Made by a program: the position numbers and the translations under genes
DNA from: Octopus sinensis
Lineage: Eukaryota
Assembly: GCF_006345805.1 (NCBI RefSeq)
Contig: NC_043003.1
Location: 79,050,001 to 79,114,000, forward strand
DNA: 64,000 nt
Direction of reading: 5' to 3'
Shown: piece by piece, positions 12,338-22,767 of the stretch
Numbering within the stretch: position 1 is the stretch's first letter
How the letters are laid out: every line of letters starts with the position of its first letter
Notes under the pieces: model-generated
Told to the model about the DNA's origin: nothing
Database searches by the model: none
The model's input: the letters and a program-made list of their open reading frames with translations, nothing else

Positions 12338-12560
12338 TGCGCGTGGCTTAATAGTTAGGATGCAGCACTCATGATTGTAAGATTGTGGTTTCAATTCCTA
12401 GACAGGAGGAAGCGTCGTATTCTTAAGCAAAATACTTCTTTTCACGTCCTTCCAATCTAGTTATTTGGCAAAAATGAGTAATCCTGTGACAGACCAGTGT
12501 CCTGTCCAGGCGTGGGGTGGAGAATATATACGCCTCACAATCGCATGGCTCGGGAAGGGT
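12338..12560 (+). mobile_element. SINE with C-like central block and cctgtgacagac-gtcctgtccagg tail
   Basis: Degenerate tRNA head; tail related to the copy at 43770. Confidence 0.6.
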
Positions 12561-12576
12561 TTCGATCCTTATTTGT

Positions 12577-12628
<52 letters not shown>

Positions 12629-12629
12629 G

Positions 12630-13013
12630 GGATGGAAGCACTCGGTTACGACGACGAGGGTTCCGGTTGATCCGAATCAACGGAACAGCCTGCTCGTGAA
12701 ATTAACGTGTAAGTGGCTGAGCACTCCACAGACACGCGTACCCTTAACGTAGTTCTCGGGGATATTCAGCGTGACACAGAGAGTGACAAGGCTGTCCCTT
12801 TGAAATACAGGTACAACAGAAACAGGAAGTAAGAGTGAGAGAAAGTTGTGGTGAAAGAGTACAGCAGGGATCACCACCACCCCCTGCCGGAGCCTCGTGG
12901 AGCTTTAGGTGTTTTCGCTCAATAAACACTCACAACGCCCGGTCTGGGAATCGAAACCGCAATCCTATGACCGCGAGTCCGCTGCCCTAACCACTGGGCC
13001 ATTGCGCCTCCAC
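12630..13013 (-). mobile_element. SINE family B, full length
   Basis: Near-identical reverse complement of 11773-12157. Confidence 0.92.
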
Positions 13014-13025
13014 ATATATATATAG

Positions 13026-13350
13026 GAGCACTCCGTCGGTTGCAACGGCGAGGGTCCTAGCTGATACGATCACCAGAACAGCTTGCCTGTGAAATTAACG
13101 TGTGAGTGGCTGAGCACTCCCCAAACACGTGTACCCTTAACGTAGTTCGGGGGGAGAATCCGCGTGACACAGCGTGTGGCAAGGCTGGCCCCTTGAAATA
13201 CAGCTACAACTCATTTTTGCCAGCTGAGTGGACTGGAGCAACGTGAAATAAAGTGTCTTGCTGAAGGACACAACGCGCCGCCGGGAATTGAATTCACGAC
13301 ATTACGATCATGAGCCGAATGCCCCTAACCACTAAGCCTGCGCCTTCACA
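13026..13350 (-). mobile_element. Chimeric SINE: family C head/central block plus family B tail
   Basis: Minus strand has tccttcagcaagacactttatttcacgttgctccag followed by tacgttaagggtacacgtg and gacggagtgctc. Confidence 0.8.
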
Positions 13351-13503
13351 TATATATATATGATCACAAACAATATTATATAGGGTGTTTTTTGTTTGTA
13401 GATATCATTATACATATAAAAAGATCGGTACATACATGTATGTATGTATGTACATACATACATGTACATACATGTATGTATGTATGTATGTATGTAATAT
13501 ATA

Positions 13504-13536
<33 letters not shown>

Positions 13537-13649
13537 GTATGTAAGTATATATATATATGTATATATGTATGTATGTAAGTATATATAATATATATATATA
13601 TATACATGCATGCATGCATACGTATATATTTATATACACACACGCACAC

Positions 13650-13686
<37 letters not shown>

Positions 13687-13761
13687 CATACATAATTTAT
13701 CACTTGGTGAATTAACAAAACTTTATACATGCACACACACACATACACACACATACACACA

Positions 13762-13792
<31 letters not shown>

Positions 13793-14489
13793 CACGTCCA
13801 TACGTATACGCACGCACGCACATACATATACCCGTATGCATATATGCATAAATATGATAAATATCCAATATTCGCTATCTCTTTGTAACGACAACAGATT
13901 GTGGGTAAGTTCAGATGTTTTCACTCTACTATCTGTGAATATTGTAAATCTCTCAGGTAGAATCCAGTTTTGCCGGACCAGATAACGTCAATCTGCATAA
14001 CAAAGAAAGCATTATCATATCTTGAAACAAATGTATTGTGTAAAAGGCAACATGTTTTGTCTATCTGACAAGCTCAGCTAATCTGCGTGTTTGTCGGCGC
14101 TGGCTCGATGGCGTGTGCGGTGGTTTTTATGTATGGATACAGGTGTACGTGTGTGCGTCTGTGCGTGTGTGTGCGTGTGTGTGTGTGTTGTGAGTGTTAT
14201 GTATGAGAAGGAGATAGAGAGAATGTGTCGTACTTTTTCTACCGCGACTGGTATGTGTGTGTCGTTCGTGATGGTGAGTGTGTGTGTGTATGCACGTGTG
14301 TGTATTTGTGTGTGTGTGTGTCTATATACATGTTTGTGCGCGTGTAGATGAAGACCTCCATCTGTTCGAGATGAATATATACAACATTCATACACACGCA
14401 CATACAGATGTATACACAAACTCACACGCATACATATACATAGATAGTTATACGTACTGAAGTTTATAGGTATACACACACACACACAG

Positions 14490-14533
<44 letters not shown>

Positions 14534-14545
14534 ATATATATATAG

Positions 14546-14592
<47 letters not shown>

Positions 14593-14605
14593 TACATACA
14601 TACAT

Positions 14606-14770
14606 AGGTGCAGGACTGGCTGTGTGGTAAGTTGCTTGCTTACCGGCCACATGGTTCCGGGTTCAGTCTCACTGCGTGGCACCTTGCGCAAGTGTCTTCT
14701 ACTATAGCCTCACCGGCCAAAGCCTTGTAAATGGATTCGGTAGATGGAAACTGAAACAAGCACGTCGTAT

Positions 14771-14812
<42 letters not shown>

Positions 14813-15015
14813 TGTGTGTATGTTTGTGGGTCTGTGTTTCTGCCTCCCGCTCCAACATTGCTTACGTCTCCGTAACTTAGCGGTTCGGTCAAAGAGACTG
14901 ATAGAATAAGTGTCAGGCTCACAAAGAATAAGAACCGGGGTCGAGTTGCTCGATTAAAGGTGGTTCTCCAGCATGACCGCAGTCGAATGACTGAAACAAA
15001 TAAAAGAATAAAAGA
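14606..15015 (+). mobile_element. SINE family A
   Basis: Matches the consensus, with an internal TG tract of about 100 bp. Confidence 0.85.
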
Positions 15016-15027
15016 ATGTATGTGTGT

Positions 15028-15066
<39 letters not shown>

Positions 15067-15091
15067 TGTGTGTGTGTGTGCGTGTGCGTGT

Positions 15092-15958
15092 GTGTTGAGT
15101 CAAAAGTCTTGCAATATTATGGTAACATATTTGTTTTATTGGTTGTTACAACAAAATTAACCTAGCATACAATGTAGAGGCCATCGTATTGCACCATTGG
15201 AAGCCACCTTTCTGCCAGTTCTTTGATCCCACACTGATACCAGTTTTTCTCCTCCGGAGCCAAGAACTCCTTCACGAAAACTTCTACTTCCTCTTGATTG
15301 ATGAAAAGTTGCGAACGCAGGAAATGACTCATGGATCGCAACAAGTAACAATGCGAGAGAGAGCTAGGTCTAGACTATATTTGTTCGATTCCCTCAAGTT
15401 CCTGCAGTTTGTTCCCGGTTTTTCGAGCGGTATGAGGTCTTGTGTTGTCTTGCTTTAAAGAGCTCGTTTTCAATTAACCAATGCTGGGTATTTTTGCCGC
15501 ACAATGGCATACATCCATTCCAGTTGCTCGGAAGACAGGTTGACATCAATGGTTCGACTGTCCGGAACGAACTCGCAGTGAATTTTTCCCTCATAATTCC
15601 GCCAGAGCATCACTTTGTGTTTGAAGCGCTCATGTTTGGCAACAGGTTCTGGCAGTTGGCCCTTGCTTAACCACTGCTTATGCAAGTTAGGCTTGCAGAG
15701 AACTATCACCCTTTTACTATTACATGGTTTGAGCAATAACTTACTTCTTGCGATCGTGACGTTTCATCAACCAAGAGGAGGTGGAAGGAGTTCTTCGCCT
15801 CGTAGGACAGAATTGGTATTAACGTGGAATCAAAGAACTGGCAGATGGTGCAACATGATGGCCTCCACTTTGAATGCTAGCCTGCTTTTGATATAACTTA
15901 GTGAATAAAGCAAATAACTTTCCAAAATATTGCAAAACTTTTGACTCAACGCGACATA
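15092..15958 (-). mobile_element. Decayed mariner (D,D34D-type) transposase C-terminal half, with a second, inverted 3' end
   Basis: Minus strand WLSKGQLPEPVAK-KVML, QDNTRPH, YSLDLAL, FLRS-FINQEEVE-GIKELAERW-YDGLY; both ends carry a gttgagtcaaaag TIR. Confidence 0.85.
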
Positions 15959-15965
15959 TATTTAC

Positions 15966-16006
<41 letters not shown>

Positions 16007-16083
16007 TATATAGATAGATATATGTTTGTATGTATTTATGCATAAATATATGTATATACCTAGATACATATAATATATAATAT

Positions 16084-16119
<36 letters not shown>

Positions 16120-16894
16120 CGCGTGTAATCTGAGTGTGTGTGGTGTGTTTGTGTGTATGTGTGTATGTGTGTGTGTTTGTTCACGTGTGTGCATAATGTA
16201 TTTGTGCGTATTAAAGAATGTTAATCCCAAATCAGTCTGCGATTAGAAACACAATTCGAAAATTATTTTAAGAAATTGTCTCTTGCTGTCGCATTTGGTG
16301 AAAACTTGTTTGAAATTGAACAATTTTCCAGATGATTTTAAAACACAAGCTAGTTTGATTACCGACAATTTGGTAACGGCAAGATGTGCTCAGATGCAAG
16401 CATTTATGCAAAATCTCATGTCTGAGAATAGCATTTCTTTACATTCACCGGTCTCGAAGACACCGGATAACTGTCATTGAAGTTTTCCTTCCTTTTCTGG
16501 TTAAGTCATGTAGAAAATAGTAAAATGAAAAGCAAAATATAGTGTGTCCTTTTTTTTCGTGGCGGTGGGATTGTAATTTGATGGAGATTTGGAAGATATT
16601 TCAAGCACTTCTGATGAACACTGAGAGGTCTCCCTTGCAGGCTCCTTAGAGCGAAAAGACAAAGCTTTAGGGAAGCCTGTTGAACTAATGTCGAATCTAG
16701 TTTATTTCATTCATGTTTACTTCGCTTAAAAACATCGGTACTCTTCTCGATAAGTATGTGTTGAACTTCCTAAACTAAAAATTAATTTGTGTTACATGAG
16801 AAGAGAAGCGAGTTCTGACATTTCAGCGTACACACACGCAACACACATGCACTCATTCACTCATGCATACACACACGCACGCACACACACACAC

Positions 16895-16929
<35 letters not shown>

Positions 16930-17384
16930 GTACGCGCGCACACACATGCCAACGCATTAACACATACGCACCCAAACCTTTGTTTATTTCCTGAGACTTT
17001 AAATTTCGTTTCTGTAAAGAAGTGTGACATTGTGCCCTAGACCAATAACTCTGGAATGACACGAAATGGAGCTAGGTGCGCCGCGAAATTCAATCATAAT
17101 ATTAAAAAAAAAATACTGAAAATGTCAAATTGAAAATTTAAATATAAAGTGGTCTTTATTATTGATTCATAACGAAAGTGGTTATTTCCTGCAATTCAAA
17201 ACATTTATACAATTACAGTGTGAAAGATGTTTATTAGCCTTTCAAAAAACGCAAAAACTGTTATCTTCATTTAAACATTTGTTATTTGTTATCAAAATTA
17301 ACGTCGCACCAAATGAATGGTAGTGGAACTGGATCAATGTGACGGAAATTTTGACACCAAGTAATAAACGTTTCGGTGAAGTTA

Positions 17385-17860
17385 ACAGCCTTTGTGTGTT
17401 TTTGAATGGCTAATCTGAGCAGTTGCGAAAGAGGTTATATGGAAGACCAGAATGAAAGGTATACTGTCAGACACCATGACCTCTGGCACCGCCCTAACGA
17501 ACTTCTTTAGATTCCATCTGAAGAGGAAGGTGGAGCTAGAGAAAAGGTGTCTGACAGAGTCTGTATTCAAAAAAAGATGGATGCGTGTCGCTCGGATGCT
17601 GGGTGGGAAAGGCCCTGCATGAACACGCCACGATCACCTACCAAAAGGTTGCAGCTAAAATAACAGGGCCCGTGGGGTCGGCTATCCTGTTCTTTTATCT
17701 TCATTGTTTTCTTTGTTTATTCGTCCTTATTTAATTTTCATTGTAATTTCATTCCTTTGTAAATAACTCATCCGATTTCATTGTAAAACGTTCCACGTTG
17801 ACCCCAAACATTGTATTGTCCCCATCTGTGTTAATCCGTATGGATAATAAAGAAATTTAA
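17385..17860 (+). mobile_element. 5'-truncated L1/Tx1-like LINE: ORF2 C-terminus plus 3' UTR
   Basis: AKEVIWKTRMKG-TALTNFFRFHLKRKVELEKR-FKKRWMRVARM*; homologous pieces at 19650 and 57230; UTR ends ggataataaagaaat. Confidence 0.75.
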
Positions 17861-17967
17861 TCTGAGTCTTCCAAGCTGCAATTGTTTTAGTCTCAATACA
17901 CAGTCTCAGATCAAATCACCAACCAAAGAAGTACATCTTCAAGATATTTATATTTACAGGTTAAGAT

Positions 17968-18350
17968 AAGGTGGTGAGCTTGCAGAATCGTCAGCACGGT
18001 AGGGAAAATGCTTAGCAGCATTTCGCCCGTCTTTGCGTTCTGAGTTCAAATTTCGCCGAGGTCGGCTTTGCCTTTCGAGCATCACAAAAATTTCCAATTG
18101 TACAATGGCGTTGGATATAATCAATTTGCTCCCTGCGAGCTGGCAGAATTGTTTAGCACGCCCGACTAAATGCTTAGCTGTATTTCGTCCGTCTTTATGA
18201 TTCTGGGTTCAAATTTCGCCCGGGTCGACTTTGCCTTTCATCCCTTCGGAGTCGATAAACTAAGTACCAGTTGAGCACTATTGTCGCTGTAATCTACTTA
18301 ATCTCTCCCCATAAACTGCTGGTCTTGCTCTAAAATTTGAGACCAATATT
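17968..18350 (+). mobile_element. Two degenerate SINE D copies
   Basis: Two heads and B boxes; includes the tract duplicated at 32954-33107. Confidence 0.75.
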
Positions 18351-18869
18351 TACAAGTTAAAATATATAAATCTTTCTGTCTTTCCCCTCAATCTTTGATG
18401 AAATGGTAAGAGCACAGCAGAGACATAGCAGGCGCGTCTTCGGCACTTCAAAACTGGTGGATCACATATCTGTTCATAAATTGATCACAGCTGCTTTCTT
18501 CCACAGAAGTGGAGAATAAAGGTAAACAAAGGAATCGTCCTTACCTATGCATGTGTATGTAAGTGTGTGTGTGTGTGTGTATGTGTGTGTGTGTGTATGT
18601 GTGTGTGTGTTCATGTATGCATGCATTATCATTGTTATAATTATTATCATCATTATTATTATTAATGCCATGAGCTGTTGGACTTGAGCTTGTCCGACTT
18701 GAGGCCACATAAAGCTGGCCGTGACTAAATACAAGAGCTGGTAAGTAAATACCAAATACACAGAGTTGAAACGATGTTTGATTTTTCTTTACAGCGTTGA
18801 ATGTTAATTATCCCACTTCCATTGCGCGCACACGCACACACACAAACACACGCACGCACGCACGCACGT

Positions 18870-19624
18870 ACTAGGGTGGAACTAATCGGCTGGCCCACTC
18901 CCCCAAAATTTTAGGGCCTTGTGCCTAGAGTAGAAAAGATTATTAAACTAATTATGGCGGCGAGCTTTCAGAATCGTTGGCACGGCGAGCGAAATGCTTA
19001 ACATTATTTCGTCTGTCTTTACGTTCTGAGTTCAAATTCAGCCAAGGTCGGTTTTGCTTTTCATCCTTTCAAGGTCGATAAATTAAGTACCAGTTGCATA
19101 CTGGGGTCGATCTAATAGATTGGACCCCTCCCCCATATTTCAGACCTTGTGCCTATAGTAGAAAGTATTATATTATTAAACTTATACCGAGGTGGCGAGC
19201 TGGCAGAATCATTAGCACGCCATTATTTCGTCCGTCTTTACGTTCTGAGTTCAAATTCCGCCGAGATCGACTTTGCTTTTCATCCCTTCGGGGTCGATAA
19301 ATTGAGTACGAGTGAAAAACTGAGGTCGATGTAAATGACTAGACCCCCTCTTCCTAAATTTCAGGCCTTGTGTCTATAGTAGTAAGGGTTATTAAACTTA
19401 CACTAAGGCGGCGAGCTGACAGAAAAGTTACTGCACCGGACAAAATGCCTTACAGCATTTCTTCCGGCTATTTACACTCTGAGTTCAGATACCTCTGAAG
19501 TCGACTGTGCATTTTTTCCTTTCAGGGTCAATAAATTAAGCACCTATTGAAAACTAGAGTCGACTCCTCCCACTAAAATTGCTGGCTTTGTGCCAAACTT
19601 TGAAAGAATTATCAAACTTACACT
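18870..19624 (+). mobile_element. Array of three SINE D copies plus a tail remnant, separated by a repeated ~17-bp spacer
   Basis: Spacer attattaaacttacact-like at 18939, 19172, 19388 and 19608. Confidence 0.85.
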
Positions 19625-19649
19625 GACCAATGAATAAATACGGAACGTC

Positions 19650-19840
19650 AGTTAACTACTCTGAGTAAACCCATTTAAATGCACCAGTATGGTCACTCTC
19701 GTCCACATTTCGGTAAACACACTAGACGTCTCTCTACTCTCACCTTCCTGTTCAGGTGATACTTCAAGAACCTGATAAGAGCTTGGCCAGATGAAGCCGA
19801 GAGGTCTTCGTCCTCTTTTTGAGTGCAGAATTATCAATTA
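19650..19840 (-). mobile_element. L1/Tx1-like ORF2 C-terminal fragment
   Basis: SGQALIRFLKYHLNRKVRVERRL on the minus strand, homologous to 17385. Confidence 0.65.
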
Positions 19841-20352
19841 GCAACATACCTTCTGATCGATGATCATATGACTTAAACGACACATGATTCATAACACCCA
19901 ATACACGAACATCATATTTTGATTTATAGATTTATACACGCACAACACAGAGACTCACTGTCTTTTCCTTTCACTCCCCCTCTCTCTCTTTCTCTCTCCT
20001 TCTTTGCCCCCTCTGGGAATGCTAACCTTGAAAGTAAATCACATTATTACACAATAAATTATGCTTTCTAATACAGAATTTATGAACTTCTTTACAGTTT
20101 AATGTCATACATCGTTATTGTCACTTATTTATCATTCGCTTCAATTTATTTCCTAGATTCTTAACAGTTCAAACATTTATTAACAATTATGCTGTCTAAC
20201 TAAGCATTGATATCAAATTTACTGAATTAGATGTTCATTTATAATTAACGTAGTCGATATTAGGTGCAAATAATACACATGCACAAACACAGGTACACAT
20301 ACACGCACACATACACATACACACATAAAAGCGCATACTTTCTCTCTCTCCC

Positions 20353-20394
<42 letters not shown>

Positions 20395-20635
20395 ACTTTG
20401 TCTCTTTCCAGCACTCTAACATGAGCATTATAAAGTTTTCAAACGTAATTAAATCCTAAGTGATGCGAAAGGAGAGAGAGGAGGAGAGGAGAGGGAAAGG
20501 AGAGAGAGAGAAAGAGAAGGAGAGGGAGAGAGAAGAGATATCAACAAAAATATGAGATACAACGCATACATGCACAGTCTTTTTGTGCATCACTATTTCT
20601 CTCTCCCCCTCTATCTCTCTCTCTCTCTCTATCTA

Positions 20636-20664
<29 letters not shown>

Positions 20665-20668
<4 letters not shown>

Positions 20669-21075
20669 CTTAGAACAAACAGTAAAATGTCATTATAGTA
20701 CTCGGAGTTTCGAATGTCGGAGCGAAGAGCTACGATACATTCTCGTCGGCTATTAATGGCAACAGACGCTATGAAAAACCGTTAAATAAAAGGGAAGCAA
20801 CTCCAATGGGTGGAAAAAGAAAAAAGATAAAATCTAAACGCAACCTTATTCTCACAATATATAGACATAAACCTCCTGCGTTCACAAAATCTACATACGT
20901 ACACACTCACACAAACATATACACGTACATCACACACATACATACACAAACAAACCGTTTATCATAGCGTCTGTTGCCATCACTAGCCAACAAGAATGTA
21001 TTCTAGCTCTTTGCTCCGACATTCGAAAACTCCGAATACTATATTGACAACCATTTACTGTTTGTTCTAAATTAT
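20665..21075. repeat. Imperfect inverted repeat (arms 20665-20783 and 20953-21075), PLE-type hairpin
   Basis: Arms align at roughly 85% by eye around a 169-bp spacer; left arm abuts (TA)n. Confidence 0.85.
20695..20753 (-). ncRNA. Minimal type I hammerhead ribozyme-like motif, U4C variant
   Basis: atag-CCGACGA-gaatgt(19 nt)acattc-GAAA-ctccgag-U-A-ctat: 4-bp stem I, 6-bp stem II, palindromic stem III, GUA site. Confidence 0.7.
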
Positions 21076-21194
21076 GACATACATAAATAATCCTCTATTT
21101 CTCTACTATCGAGGTTTCATTGTTTTGTTGTTACATTATACACACACACACACACACACACACGCACCACACAACACACACACACACACACACA

Positions 21195-21261
<67 letters not shown>

Positions 21262-21368
21262 CTTGCATATGATGTGTTGTGAATTTATGAAAAGAAAGCC
21301 TGTAAAACTCAACAATTTAGTTAAAAATGGAGGAGAGTTGTTAAAATATATTAGAGAATTGTAATTCA

Positions 21369-21463
21369 TGCAGACGATCGTTTCGTATATATAAAAATAA
21401 TGCAAATTCATGATTGAATTGAATTAAATTAATTAACTATATATGAATGTACTCTTCAGTGCA
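21369..21463 (-). ncRNA. Hammerhead ribozyme-like motif with intact core and long AT-rich stem II insert
   Basis: tgca-CTGAAGA-gta(62 nt)tac-GAAA-cgatcg-U-C-tgca; perfect ACGATCGT stem III palindrome; GUC site. Confidence 0.7.
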
Positions 21464-22560
21464 AGAAGTATAAACAAATTTTTTAGAAAGAACTTGAGAA
21501 AGGAAGTAGCAGAATAAAATCTAGGAGATTCATTTTTATCTTTATGAGGAAAAGAGATGTGAGTCCAGTTAGGTATTAACTATGACTAAAGGCTATAACG
21601 GTTATTTGAAAATATAAGTAAAAGAGGTTTCAGAGACGTTCCCTCTATAGATGAGTAAGGGGATTAGAAATTTTAACTCCAAATAAGTCGTGTAGGGCAA
21701 AAATTGTATAGAAATGTCCAATGGAAAAGCATGGCTATATTTGAATTAAGATATGATCTGACAGTTAAAAACATTACTTAGTGTGGAGTGTATCTAAAAA
21801 ATTTTTATACATGAGAATGAAGTTAATCTAGAGGAGATAGTGTATAAAGAGCTACTTAATGTAAACAAGTGTTAGAGAAGTAAAAAGGGTTAAAGAGAGA
21901 ATTAGATGCGTAAGATGGACTTAAGTTTGCATAAGAACTAATATTCGTTAGTATATATTAAATATAATGTAGAAAAATATCTAGATAGTAAATACTTGCT
22001 GTGGTTATAAAAATGTAAGAAGTGAAGTTGAAATATATACTAGAGGCTGGAATACGGAAAAATAAATCAATGTAGGGGCGATAAATGAGCTGGGAATAAA
22101 AATGATAAATAAAGGGTTAATTTTATATGTTTAATATGCAAGGTTATACAGTAACTCTGTTTTAGTATAAATAAAAATTATGCGGTAAGAAACTAGCTTG
22201 GCTTAATGTGAGAGGGATAGTTAATGGTATTAGGGTAGTATTAATATTCAAGTAATAGAAGAGTATTGTGTATTATGAATATAGGAAAATATACGAGTAT
22301 GGGGTGCACAAAAGTATACAAGCAAGTTTATAAGTAATGTTAGAGAAAAAATAATCTTATAAGGAAAAAAGTGTTAGTATATTTATTCATATTTGCACTT
22401 TAGTATACATAGATATAGGAATTCTAGTTGTTTTTTGATTAGGGTATACATGAAAGAAGAAACACCGTACAATATATATATATATATATACCGGAGTAAA
22501 CACATAAATGTGAAACAAGGTGGAAAAAAGAGTACTCAAATACCAGTGGTAGAGTAATAT

Positions 22561-22717
22561 GCTTTATTTAAAGCAGCAGAAAATTCAACAAAACCTGTTA
22601 CTCTGAGTTTCACGTTCCCGTTCGTCGGACAGTTTTGCCTAGAACTGTCCGACGAACGGGAACGTGAAACTCAGAGTAACAGGTTTTGTTGAATTTTTGC
22701 TGCTTTTTAAATAAAGC
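22561..22717. repeat. Near-perfect DNA hairpin (about 74-bp arms, 8-nt loop) in a (TA)n-flanked PLE-type insertion (about 22490-22720)
   Basis: 22561-22634 is the reverse complement of 22643-22717 apart from an A-run indel and one substitution. Confidence 0.95.
22595..22682. ncRNA. Mirror pair of minimal hammerhead-like motifs, U4C variant (minus 22595-22632; plus 22645-22682)
   Basis: ctgt-CCGACGA-acg-GGAA-cgt-GAAA-ctcagag-U-A-acag; GNRA-capped stem II; palindromic stem III. Confidence 0.72.
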
Positions 22718-22731
22718 TATATATATATATA

Positions 22732-22767
<36 letters not shown>

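Noticed and set aside
18939-19624. CRISPR-like short repeat plus spacer pattern (also 53757-54492)
   Set aside because: Eukaryotic context, no cas genes, and the 200-240 bp units are homologous SINEs; TSD reuse explains it.
19700-19830. Minus-strand exon candidate with GAAG|GTGAGA donor
   Set aside because: Another frame matches the L1/Tx1 ORF2 C-terminus seen at 17385 and 57230.
20665-21075. Interpretation as a MITE with long TIRs
   Set aside because: No recognisable superfamily TIR or TSD; the hammerhead core and (TA)n anchoring fit a PLE hairpin better.
21620-21655. Hammerhead-like CTATAGA...GAAAC on the minus strand
   Set aside because: Two core mismatches and no valid stems I and III.
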